A stretch of 64,000 bases of DNA from a virus. The notes under the pieces are model-generated. The model searched no databases and was not told where the DNA came from. It saw only the letters and a program-made list of their open reading frames with translations. Positions 15,799 through 25,223 of this stretch are shown in pieces. The stretch is taken from UHGV virus genome UHGV-0101699; one strand, 5' to 3'. The number at the start of each line of letters is the position of its first letter. Positions within the stretch are counted from its first letter, which is position 1. Both the position numbers and the translations under genes were made by a program.

Positions 15799-18162
15799 TC
15801 AAACTCCAAAATCAACAATATCAGCGTTATCACCAATCGCTTCGTCATAGGTTCTGCGTTTGCCGTCAGAGCACATCAGCTTGGCCTTTTTGTGGACTTC
15901 TACTGTGCTTCCGTTTTCAAGTGACAGTGTCACCCAACCTGCTTGCGCTCGTTCTACAAAATCGCTGCCGATCGCTTTCATCTTATCCATGTTCTTTTTA
16001 CCGATAGCGGAACGCAGAGCGTCAGCCTCAGCCATAGAGAATCCAGCGAGTACGCGAGAGCTTTTCATGATCTGCTCTTGATAGAGTAAAACGCCGTTGG
16101 TTTCTTTAGTTGCTTCCTCAAGACGCGGATGAATTGAATGTGGAGCCATAAAACCTTTTGCCACGGAGACATAGTCGTCCAACATGCCTGACTGAATTGG
16201 ACCTGGTCTGAAAAGCGCAGTTGTGGCCACAATGGTTTTGAAGCTCATTGGCTCGATACCACCACCCAGATCTTTGAGTAGCTTCCTCATGGGGCCGGAC
16301 TCAAGCTGGAACACACCTTGCGTATACCCCGCGGCGAATCCATCAAGTACTTTGCGATCATCCAGTGGGATGGCATCGAGGTTGACGTCCTTACCGGTGC
16401 TCTCTTTGATGTAACGTTTTGCGCTATCCAGCAGATCGAGAGTGGCCAGGCCCAGAACGTCCAGTTTGATCAGCCCCATGGCCTCGCAGTATCGTTTATC
16501 GAATGCGATGCAACGCGCGTCTCCACGTCGCTCTACAGGGGTACGTTCCGTCAGAGGTACGCCAGCAACAATCATCCCTGCAGCATGGCGGCCGAAGCCA
16601 CGCATCAGGTTTTGCAACTTGCTCGCCGCCTTAAATGCGTCCGGATGTTTGGTGGCGTACTTGTCCAGGCTGGCCAGCTGCTCGCGCAGCTCCGACAGAG
16701 ATAAACTGTCATCCTCCAGGGTCTTTAGCTCCTTGGAAACAGCCATATCCGCCGCATCAACTCCATAAATACGCGCTGTGTCGCGCAGTGCGGAAGCGGC
16801 GCCCAGATAAGTGAAGTTCGGAATGCCTGCAACATACTCTTCGCCATATCGGGCATTCAGATACTCGATCACCTCATGGCGCCGCGCCTGGCTAAAGTCC
16901 AAATCCGCATCCGGCAAGTCGAGACGTTCAGGGTTAATGAAACGTTCGAACAGAAGACCATGACGGATTGGGTCAACGTTAGTAATGCCGATGCACCATG
17001 CCACCAGAGAGCCGGCGGATGAACCACGACCTGGCCCGACAGGAATACCAGTCTCGCGACTATGATTCATCAGATCGCGAACCATCAGGAAATAACCGCA
17101 GAATCCCAGGCGAGTGAGCGTTTCCATTTCATACTTGAGGCGATCGACGTAAATGCGGTGCTCGGAAGCTGGTGGCGTGTAGCCAAATTCTTTGTTGCTG
17201 AGACGTTTTCGAAGCCCTGCGACAGCCAGTTTCATCAACGTTGCAGGCTCATCGTCTGCCATTTTTGGCAGCGCCGGCGCCATCTCGTGCCAGCGCCATT
17301 CGCACGCCTTAACAATGGAGTCCTGCGTTGTAGAAGCCATGGCGGCAGACACAGATACGCCCATCCGGACAGAAAACTCTTTCAGAGCCTGCAGCAGATG
17401 ACGGCGACCATTTATTGCATTGTCGCGCTGGTGGGGGATACGCAGCCGGTGTGGCTGATCGACTTTGATATTGTTCATCACCATGTGGGCGATGTCTTTG
17501 ATGTCAGCGTCATCAACCCCTTCGTAATAAGCTGGGTAAAACGCAACGGGCTCGATTTTCAGTGCGCTTGCCACTTTCATGGCTCGCACGTTGATCTGGT
17601 CATAGAATGGCGTAGGGTGTGGATATACGACGCTGTAGAAATTATCGCGTCCACCGGCAGTAATCAGCGCACTAATAATTTTAGCGAAGTCCGGGCGCTG
17701 GAATACGCTGCCGATATCCGAAGTCAGTAACAGTATATTGCCTTTAGCGTATGTAGCCGCCAACTGGTCGAGCGCCAGGCGTGGCACGAAGTAAAACTGC
17801 TCGCGGGTATTGGCTAAAGTCATTAGTTCGCAAATGTCGCGATAACCTTGCTCGTTTTTAATCAGTGCGGTGAAGCAGTAGTTACGTCCACGCTCCAATG
17901 ATTCCATACATCCATTAGACTCTTTAGCCAGTTTAGCCCGGTACTCGTATGTTGGATCGTCGACAACATTCAGCTTAACACCACAGATCACCGCCATCTC
18001 ATCGCCAGCTGCTCGTTGCAGGGGGATAACGCTGGCGATATTCATCGTGTCAGCAGAGATAACCGCGGTATAGCCAGCCTCCTTTGCCACCTTTACTGCG
18101 TGCTCTGCTTTCAGTGCTGATTCTCCCAGGGAAAAATCAGTCCTGACCATCAGTGCTTTCAT
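15799..18162 (-). CDS. dnaE: DNA polymerase III alpha (DnaE-type), N-terminal part (PHP, palm, thumb, fingers)
   Basis: PHP-domain N-terminus. The last ~45 aa (WVTLSLENG...DFGV) have no DnaE counterpart, so they are read-through after the split point. Confidence 0.8.
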   Translation of the reverse strand: MKALMVRTDFSLGESALKAEHAVKVAKEAGYTAVISADTMNIASVIPLQRAAGDEMAVICGVKLNVVDDPTYEYRAKLAKESNGCMESLERGRNYCFTALIKNEQGYRDICELMTLANTREQFYFVPRLALDQLAATYAKGNILLLTSDIGSVFQRPDFAKIISALITAGGRDNFYSVVYPHPTPFYDQINVRAMKVASALKIEPVAFYPAYYEGVDDADIKDIAHMVMNNIKVDQPHRLRIPHQRDNAINGRRHLLQALKEFSVRMGVSVSAAMASTTQDSIVKACEWRWHEMAPALPKMADDEPATLMKLAVAGLRKRLSNKEFGYTPPASEHRIYVDRLKYEMETLTRLGFCGYFLMVRDLMNHSRETGIPVGPGRGSSAGSLVAWCIGITNVDPIRHGLLFERFINPERLDLPDADLDFSQARRHEVIEYLNARYGEEYVAGIPNFTYLGAASALRDTARIYGVDAADMAVSKELKTLEDDSLSLSELREQLASLDKYATKHPDAFKAASKLQNLMRGFGRHAAGMIVAGVPLTERTPVERRGDARCIAFDKRYCEAMGLIKLDVLGLATLDLLDSAKRYIKESTGKDVNLDAIPLDDRKVLDGFAAGYTQGVFQLESGPMRKLLKDLGGGIEPMSFKTIVATTALFRPGPIQSGMLDDYVSVAKGFMAPHSIHPRLEEATKETNGVLLYQEQIMKSSRVLAGFSMAEADALRSAIGKKNMDKMKAIGSDFVERAQAGWVTLSLENGSTVEVHKKAKLMCSDGKRRTYDEAIGDNADIVDFGV

Positions 18163-18340
18163 GTGTTTTTACCTTCTGTTTTTTCTTAATTTTGTCGTTG
18201 GGGAAGCCGACGAACTTCCCGTATATCGAAATCGCAACTCCTTTGGCTGCCTGGTGGCAGTCAGGCCTGTGAGCGCATGACAAACAGGCCGCGCCAGTTT
18301 CAGAAGCTGCGATAAGAGATCCAAAACAACCTTTACGCAC
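18137..18340 (-). CDS. small Cys-rich protein (67 aa), tentative
   Basis: Possible Zn ribbon (CLSCAHRPDC). Overlaps the dnaE start by 26 nt. Confidence 0.3.
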   Translation of the reverse strand: MRKGCFGSLIAASETGAACLSCAHRPDCHQAAKGVAISIYGKFVGFPNDKIKKKQKVKTHESTDGQD

Positions 18341-18342
18341 GA

Positions 18343-19575
18343 TTAACCGAAGATTTTCTGAACCACTTCACGCGCCGCTTGCGCAGAGGTGGAGGGGAGT
18401 TTATTGATGAATGACTTCTCGATGCCGGCTGCGAAATCACCTCGCATCATTCCGATTTTTGCGGACAGAAGCAGCTCACGCGGGCCGATTGGTTGGCTGA
18501 TCAGGTGTTGCTCATACCCGTCTCGTACCAGATTGGCGAACTTAACCATTTTTTCGGCGTATTCACGGATGATTCCCGCTTCAACCAGCATGTTCACCTC
18601 AGCACCAGGCTTCATGTACTTGACGTGAGATACGATGCCAAAGCGAGAGAAGTTAGCCGCGTTCTGGATGTTCGTTCCTTGATAAAGCCCCGTTTCATCC
18701 CCTGAACCATTAGTGTTGCCTGTACCGATGAAGGCGAAGCGCTTATGCGGCGCCACGCGACGCCAGTCAGGTGTCGCTTCTTTGATTACGAGTGGTTCGC
18801 CTTCCAGAACTGGCTGGTAGATCCCCAGAATCTGCGGGAATGCAAAATCGTATTCGTCTGCCAGATAGACCCAACCGTTCTTCATCGCCAGCGACAGAAG
18901 CCCAGGTTCAAAGTAGGTTGTGCCTTCTCGCGCCAGAATCTGGCCCGTAATATGGGCTTCCTCAGTTGATGCCGTATGCTGTGAGCGGATAACCGGGCGA
19001 TTCAGGAGCGCGCAAAGCTGGGTTGGCAGAGAGGTTTTCCCCGTACCAGCATGACCCCACAGATAACCAGGAATGCCGATCTCCAGCATCATGAAGATGT
19101 CTTTAATCAGATCGAAGTCGCCGTATACATAGCCGGCTTTCACTTCTGGCACGAACTCCGGATATGGCGTGTTGATGTTGACCGTCACCTGAAGGGGTTT
19201 GCCTCGGGGCGTGCCAAGTTCCTTGATAGTCAGGCCAAGCAGCTCGTGCGCGGCGACAAGCTCAGTTTTGTATTCGACTGTCCCTGCATAGCCAGGGTGG
19301 GAACTGATATCCGCGATTTTGCCGTCTGCGCCAGCCTTCTCAGAGCGTTTATTCTTTAACGCTTCAATGGCCTTTGGAGACAGCGTTGGTTCCCCGGGGA
19401 ATGCTGTGGTGTACATTTTCACTACGTCATCCACACCAAGCCCTTTGGCTTCTTCCGGAATTCCTTCGCACCGACCCATCGAAATGTGGGATTTGAGGTG
19501 ATGGAAGGATTTTCCGCACCATTTGCAGGTGACGGCATCAGAGTGGGCGTTTTGTGGTAGCGCAGTCGCGGTCAT
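18343..19575 (-). CDS. AAA+ ATPase, MoxR/CobS-like
   Basis: Walker A GHAGTGKTSL. N-terminal CxxC...C zinc motif. Paired with a downstream vWA protein in the CobS/CobT arrangement. Confidence 0.7.
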   Translation of the reverse strand: MTATALPQNAHSDAVTCKWCGKSFHHLKSHISMGRCEGIPEEAKGLGVDDVVKMYTTAFPGEPTLSPKAIEALKNKRSEKAGADGKIADISSHPGYAGTVEYKTELVAAHELLGLTIKELGTPRGKPLQVTVNINTPYPEFVPEVKAGYVYGDFDLIKDIFMMLEIGIPGYLWGHAGTGKTSLPTQLCALLNRPVIRSQHTASTEEAHITGQILAREGTTYFEPGLLSLAMKNGWVYLADEYDFAFPQILGIYQPVLEGEPLVIKEATPDWRRVAPHKRFAFIGTGNTNGSGDETGLYQGTNIQNAANFSRFGIVSHVKYMKPGAEVNMLVEAGIIREYAEKMVKFANLVRDGYEQHLISQPIGPRELLLSAKIGMMRGDFAAGIEKSFINKLPSTSAQAAREVVQKIFG

Positions 19576-19637
19576 GTGTTTTTCCTTACTTGTTGTCGTT
19601 TCTGGGCTCTATTCTATACAAATGTATCAGGCTTTAT

Positions 19638-19655
19638 AGTAACTAGTTACTTATT
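19638..19655 (-). promoter_or_regulatory. variant box (AGTAACTAGTTACTTATT) upstream of AAA+ ATPase gene
   Basis: Palindromic variant GTAACTAGTTAC. Confidence 0.4.
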
Positions 19656-19671
19656 TTATAGGGCGCAAGGT

Positions 19672-21952
19672 TTACTCTAAAATGATACGAGATAACTCGC
19701 TGACAACTGACGTACCCAACTCTTCGACCTTATTCACTAGCGCATAGTTTTTGTAATACCGGCGCGGCGCGTCCGTAAGAATGCCAATGGCCAACAGGTT
19801 GATGTCACTTGTGTTTTCGATGTCATTCGTTACAGAGCGCAGATGGTTACTAAAGCCATCCCCCGCAGCGCATGGGGCGCCGTCGCTCTGCACAATCATG
19901 ATCTTCTTGTCTTCCATACGCCCTGCAAACAGAGAAGCCAGCTGTGCGATGCTCTCGCCATCCACGTTGTTTAGCAGGGGGAAAGTCTCCGCCACACAGC
20001 CCATACGAGCACGTATCTCTGGGGAGTTCGCTTTTTCATGCCAGTTTTTAATAATCGGCAGCATAAGCGCTTCAAAGCGGCTAAACCCACGTTTCGACAT
20101 AGTTGCTACATCCGGATTGCCATACGTAGTGAAGCCGGTAATGACGTTCGGAACGTGGATACGATCTAGGGCGTCAGCCAGTGTGTATGCGGATGCCAGC
20201 GCGAGCTCGATTTTTCGGCCGCCCATTGAACCTGACAAATCGATGACCTGTTGAACGCACGCGTTCACGGCCTTGTGGTCTTCTTTTCTCCGGAATACCC
20301 GATCGTCATTCATCGACAGTCGGTAAAGACTCGCCCCATGTACGCGTCCACGACGCTGGCCAGGGATGAACTGAACACGGTTACGACTGGCGATCGCGCG
20401 CTCCAGGTCTTTGGCCAAGGTAGATGACACCGAGGAAGACAGATGTCTCTCCACCTTCATCACAAACAGTTTTCTGCCCTCTGGAACAATGCGGTAGCGA
20501 TCTACGGGAGAATACATAGGGATTGCGCCAAAAGCTTTTCTGGCGCGCTTAATATGCTCTTCTGCCTCGTCAATTGGCCCCAGAAAGTCGTAGGAGCGAT
20601 TGTATGGCCGGTAATCAGATAGTGACGCGCTGGCCAGCTCCGACTTGATCGCCGACGCCAGCGCATCTTCGGTTGAAGAACCTATCTCTTCATCGACGTT
20701 TTCTAATGCCTTGAGAGCATCATCAAGAGACATATCGTCAGCGTGTGGGGCAAAGCCGGCATCGCTTTCATCCGAGGTGTCCCGACCCCCTTCATCCTTC
20801 TCCTTGCCACCGTCTTTATCTGCCTTGCCTTCACCGTCTTCGACAGCTTCGCTGTCATCAGAGGAGCTGCCATGCCTGTCCTCTGAGCCATCATCCGTGG
20901 ACGGACTGTAATCCCCTTCATCATCTACTTCTTCCCCTACATCCGAGCCCAGAGATGTAACAGGATCATCAGCTGTCGTTTCTTCGCTGTCAGGCAAGTC
21001 GTCAACATTTTCATGGCCTAAATCGCCATCTTCAGGTTTACTTTCTGTATCATTTATTACTTCATCACTGTTAGGTATGTGCTTACTTATCGATTTGTCT
21101 GATTTTTCATCATCTTCATCGTCAGAGCTAAACCCATCAGGAGTGCTTTCGAGCCCCTCTTCGTCACAAACCTCAGTATCGTCTCCAGCAGCCGGCTCAT
21201 CCGAACTGTCTTCTTCTGGTTCGGTCTTTTTGGTTACAGAGGATTCAAGCTCAGGTAACGGGCCTTCTGGCATCTCAGTCATTTCACGCAGGATCTTCGC
21301 CATTGCTGCAGCAACCTTGACGCAATCCTCAGTGCTATCCATACGACGAACAGCTTCATCGACGCCAAACTCTTTCAGTACGGCAATAGGTTTATCGATG
21401 AGGTGCCAGTGCTCCTCCATGAAATCAACAAAAGTTGGTTGGCCATCCCACGCCCGTAGAACCGGACAGAGGAAGAACTTTAGAAACAACTCGCGTTGAT
21501 CCCCGCGGCACATCGCTACCGCCTTTTTAATGTGGGGATTAAAATATTTATCAATCATTAGGTTACGTGTGGACAATAGGTTCCGCCGGCTGCCGGTGAA
21601 CACTTCACTCATGCGACGTTCGATGTAGACGTCTTCCAGGGCGTTCCAGAGTCCGAATGCCTTTGTGTTGCGCATTTTCTTGACGACTTTTTCGTCTGTG
21701 AAAAGGAGATGGCCAACCTCGTGATCAAGGAATCCACGTATGGCATTCATAAGCGCAGGGCTTGCGTCATCTGGTATGGATGGGATGTTAACCATGACTG
21801 GCTCACCCTTTTTATTGTAGCGAACGTATGCTGTGTCTCCGCATTCAGCTACAGGAATATTCTTGCCCGAAAGAAGACCAACGACGCGTTTTACGGAATC
21901 GCGGAAGTCCTGTACCTCTTTGAGTACAGTTTTGCTGGGTTTGGTTGCCATG
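19672..21952 (-). CDS. von Willebrand factor A domain protein, CobT-like, with ~190-aa Asp/Glu/Ser-rich low-complexity region
   Basis: Start reassigned to MATKPSK at 21952, which has the conserved TAAGGAAAAACAC-ATG context. C-terminal vWA MIDAS motif VIDLSGSMGG. Confidence 0.7.
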
Positions 21953-22068
21953 TGTTTTTCCTTATCGAGTAAACAAATTGTTTTCAGATATAAGAAAATA
22001 ACACTGCGCGAACAGGGGAGGAAGCAATTCGCGCAGGGGATCAATGAGTTATAGGCGGGTTATAAATT

Positions 22069-22281
22069 TTAGTTGATTCGAACCGCGAAAGAGAGGTCGC
22101 CAGTATTGATCAGCGTGAAAGAGCCATTTTCCAGGGAAAACCGGAAAACAGTAGCGTCGCGCGCTCTAACGTTTACCTGGTGATTTGGTAACTCAGATAG
22201 TACTTCTGCAGCCTCCAGGTGTGTCAGCGCGAAAACATTGCCTACATTCAGAGCAAGTAAATTAGATGACAATTTTTCCAT
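22069..22281 (-). CDS. hypothetical protein (~70 aa)
   Basis: The track start is a TTG. An internal ATG with an AGGA SD is more plausible. Confidence 0.35.
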   Translation of the reverse strand: MEKLSSNLLALNVGNVFALTHLEAAEVLSELPNHQVNVRARDATVFRFSLENGSFTLINTGDLSFAVRIN

Positions 22282-22507
22282 TAATAGCATCCTAATCAAC
22301 AGGTTTCATTTGGAGGTGATGGTACTACCTATTGATATAAAAGTTAATAAAAATGTATCGTAATGTCTTAAACAAAAATAATCAAAAAAATCAACAGAAG
22401 TACCGGATTTTACTAATTTATACCTTATTTCGTGTGATTTATGTGCGATAATTGCCTACAAATAGCCGGATGTAAGACTTTACAATAATAACCGTTGCTG
22501 TAATATC

Positions 22508-22528
22508 GGTAAGTACTTACCATACAAT
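22508..22528 (+). promoter_or_regulatory. perfect palindrome GGTAAGTACTTACC abutting -10 TACAAT, putative operator/promoter of the regulator gene
   Basis: Best copy of the dispersed box. It lies 27 bp upstream of the ATG at 22555, with SD AGGA. Confidence 0.6.
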
Positions 22529-22554
22529 AAGATCACACGAGGATAGTAACTACA

Positions 22555-22935
22555 ATGACAATGGCCGATGAGAAGACCGCTCGTTACGTCGCCTACATCG
22601 ATTCTTTAATCACTGTTTCGCCGAAAAGTCAGTCGGCGATCTCCCGTGAGATTGGTTACAAGAATCCCAACATTTTGTCCCTGATAAAAAAGGGAAGAAT
22701 TCCGCTGCCGGTAGAGAAAGTGCTACCACTGGCAGAAGCACTGAATGCAGACCCAGTACGTCTCATGATGATGGTTCTTGAAGACCGTCAGCCTGAGCTG
22801 GCAGATTTTTTACGAGACCAGGGCATAGCGCCGCTGACTCCGGAAGAACGTGAGGTTCTCGCAGCTTTCCGCAACCGCTTTCCGGCTCAAACTGATGGTG
22901 TTGAGCAGGTTGTGGAAGCAATTAAAAAGCTATGA
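22555..22935 (+). CDS. HTH (XRE/Cro-CI-like) transcriptional regulator, putative
   Basis: The SQSAISREIGYKNPNILSLIKKGR helix-turn-helix pattern is the only + strand gene in this block. It converges on the recombinase gene. Confidence 0.5.
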   Translation: MTMADEKTARYVAYIDSLITVSPKSQSAISREIGYKNPNILSLIKKGRIPLPVEKVLPLAEALNADPVRLMMMVLEDRQPELADFLRDQGIAPLTPEEREVLAAFRNRFPAQTDGVEQVVEAIKKL

Positions 22936-24030
22936 GAAGTTTACTCTGATCAGCTCGGTGGATAGGCGATCTCCCTTCATTTTGTGGTCAATTTCTTCTA
23001 AATCTGGTTGCTCAACAATCGACGAGATGTACGATGAGAAGCTCTCAAGGGCTTCTCGCATCTGATCCATGTAGTCATATCGGTCGTATACACGGTCGAT
23101 ACCTTCCAGACTATGATTCATGATCTTACGTGATACTTCCTGAGAAATATTAAGGGCTGGAAAGTAGCTGCGTGCCGTTCTACGCAGATCACGTGGGGTA
23201 AACGACTCCACTTCCCCAAGCTCTGGTCGCTCTAGAATCCGCCTCAACGCCTGGGCTATTGCAACCTTTGACATTGGCGTATCAGCTTTCTTTTTGTTCG
23301 ACGGGACGAGCCACTGGCTGCCGGCGCCATAAGCAATCAATTCTTCTACGCACTTCCGCATCAGTGAGCTCATCGGAAGGGTGTGCGACCGGGCCGATTT
23401 GTTGCGAGACCCTTGATTCCATACATTTAGCTTAAGGTCGAACTCGCTTACTCTGGCCCGCAGCACTTCATCTGGACGTCTGGCAGCTACGAGGCAAAGC
23501 CTTGCCGCCCATTTCGTGCCTGGACATACGTCGAAATAGTCCCAGACATTCCAGAATACCCAAACCTCTGCGTCCGTCAGGCATCGTTCCCGCGGGGCCG
23601 TCTTCGCGCCGCCGGCAACTTTGTTCAGCGACATATCATTCAGGGGCGATGTTTCGATAATTCCCTGGAAGGCACACCATCCCAGGAACTGCTTCATGAT
23701 GGAAAAAACACGGCGACCCATCACGATCTTCCCTTCAAGGATCAGCGGGTTGACCAGCTGATTCACCATTATTCTATTCAGGTTACTTACTTTTTCCTGA
23801 GCGATATGCGGGAGAACATGTATCAAAACACAATGGACAGCTATCTCGGGCCGGCGGCGAGTTATCAATAATGATAAGCGAGTGAATAACATGAATGCGT
23901 CGGCGAAAGTCAGATCGGCTCCCTGCATCGAGACCGATCTGGCATCCATCTGCGATGCCCGATCCAGATAGGTGATCGCTTCCTGTGACGTGTTTTCCGC
24001 TGCGCGTGCTCTGTCAAACGTGTTTTTCAT
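22930..24030 (-). CDS. tyrosine recombinase / integrase family protein
   Basis: C-terminal catalytic signature HTLPMSSLMRKC...FTPRDLRRTARSY...HSLEGIDRVYDRYDY (R, H-x-x-R, Y). Confidence 0.85.
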   Translation of the reverse strand: MKNTFDRARAAENTSQEAITYLDRASQMDARSVSMQGADLTFADAFMLFTRLSLLITRRRPEIAVHCVLIHVLPHIAQEKVSNLNRIMVNQLVNPLILEGKIVMGRRVFSIMKQFLGWCAFQGIIETSPLNDMSLNKVAGGAKTAPRERCLTDAEVWVFWNVWDYFDVCPGTKWAARLCLVAARRPDEVLRARVSEFDLKLNVWNQGSRNKSARSHTLPMSSLMRKCVEELIAYGAGSQWLVPSNKKKADTPMSKVAIAQALRRILERPELGEVESFTPRDLRRTARSYFPALNISQEVSRKIMNHSLEGIDRVYDRYDYMDQMREALESFSSYISSIVEQPDLEEIDHKMKGDRLSTELIRVNFS

Positions 24031-24052
24031 AATCTGGCCACTGTATGACGCT

Positions 24053-24083
24053 TTTTATACTGTGTTTATATACAGTATATTAG
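24053..24083. promoter_or_regulatory. candidate recombination core site: inverted arms TATACTGT / ACAGTATA around an 8-bp spacer
   Basis: Direct reading (CTTTTTATACTGT-GTTTATAT-ACAGTATATTAGG), immediately upstream of the recombinase start. The lox/dif-like geometry is my interpretation. Confidence 0.35.
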
Positions 24084-24379
24084 GCATTGTTTTTATTGAG
24101 ATCAACCTAAAATACCCTCTTTTGTCTAATGATTCCATACCTACCAAGTATGGAATCATAGAAAGGCCTTTTTTTGAAAATTAGTCATCAGGGCCGTGCA
24201 TTTCCCGCTTGTTTGTTTGCGACATCACCCTTGTCTTTGCGTTATGTCCCATCGTTGTCCGGTGCCAGTTTAGTCATGTTTGCGTCTATGGCTGTCTCGA
24301 TGCCGCCTGGTCTCGAAGGGGGGACTTCGTCAATTCATGATATGATAGCTTTAATGGTATAGCTATGAAGGAATCATAG

Positions 24380-24739
24380 ATGATGACCTTAAAATATTAT
24401 TTACGGCACTGCTTATGGGGATGGTGTGGTTATGGCTATCTGATCTATTTTATAGTGCGCGATATGAATGACGGACTAATTTTTCCTGCCTATGTTCCTT
24501 ATATGCCATTTGTGGTTACATATCTTGTTTTAAGCGCCGTCCTGTACCCATTCTCATATTATACTTCGGAGAAACTAGCCCTTAAGATAATGACCAAACC
24601 CTTTTGGGATCGTCACATTGGCGTGAATAGCGGTGTGTATGGCATGTTCATTATTTTGTGGTTATTTTGCCTGCCGCTTTCGGTACCGTTATTTCTCGTA
24701 TATTTATGCATACGCGCAAAGACTAGATTAAGTGCCTAA
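24380..24739 (+). CDS. small polytopic membrane protein (119 aa, 3-4 TM)
   Basis: Hydrophobicity pattern. Convergent with the toxin-like gene. Confidence 0.45.
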   Translation: MMTLKYYLRHCLWGWCGYGYLIYFIVRDMNDGLIFPAYVPYMPFVVTYLVLSAVLYPFSYYTSEKLALKIMTKPFWDRHIGVNSGVYGMFIILWLFCLPLSVPLFLVYLCIRAKTRLSA

Positions 24740-24803
24740 AAAATATGAAAATTATCGCAATATAACCACGCTACGAATGAGAAAGGCATGGAGCTGCAGG
24801 TAA

Positions 24804-25214
24804 CTACGGGTTTGTTAATTTCTGGAAGGCTGCCGCGTATTTGGCGATGTCGCTCATTTTGGCTGGATCACTGGCTGTTTTGTGTGCCTCTTTCGGGAAG
24901 ATGGCCAGCAGACTATACACGTCCTGAAACTTGGCGTGCTGGGTATAAACGAGGGCGCGGTCGCTTGTACAGTTGAACCTGTTTCGGTGACTATTTCGTT
25001 CTTGCTTGGTGAATAAGAGATGAACGTGGTAAACACGAGAGGAAACTACAGAACCAGGTTCGGTATAGGGGCCATCTTTGCCAAAAACGGCCGGATAAAA
25101 GCCGTTTTTAAAACTCACAAAGTCAGCAAGTAAGGAGGTCTTCAGATCAGGCATTACTCTGAAGACCGGCTCCAAAAATTGGGCGTAACTATCACTGTTC
25201 CATGTGACTTTCAT
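24804..25214 (-). CDS. YafO-like toxin (type II TA mRNA-interferase family), putative
   Basis: Aligns with E. coli YafO as I recall it: ADFVSFKNG/ADFISYKRDG, VYHVHL/VAHIHL, LVYTQHAKFQDVYSLLAIFPKEAHK/LVYCQGAFDEQAWLLIAILKPEPHK, and the AAF tail. Confidence 0.55.
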   Translation of the reverse strand: MKVTWNSDSYAQFLEPVFRVMPDLKTSLLADFVSFKNGFYPAVFGKDGPYTEPGSVVSSRVYHVHLLFTKQERNSHRNRFNCTSDRALVYTQHAKFQDVYSLLAIFPKEAHKTASDPAKMSDIAKYAAAFQKLTNP

Positions 25215-25223
25215 CGATCAGCC

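Noticed and set aside
15040-15940. Split intein at the dnaE break (as in cyanobacterial DnaE)
   Set aside because: The N-part tail does not start with Cys/Ser and the C-part leader does not end in His-Asn followed by Cys/Ser/Thr. The break is ~25 residues upstream of the cyanobacterial split site. The inserted ORF is an HNH endonuclease, not an intein.
17062-17730. 222-aa + strand ORF and neighbours (16318..16768)
   Set aside because: Antisense to dnaE N-part, which has clear Pol III alpha homology.
19672-22044. N-terminal 31 aa of the vWA ORF and 97-aa extension of the gpK ORF (57914..58136); 4864..5142 portion of the 204-aa ORF
   Set aside because: Internal ATGs with a strong conserved SD (21952) or stop/start overlap (57914, 4863) fit gene boundaries and homolog lengths better. 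The extensions read through intergenic sequence.
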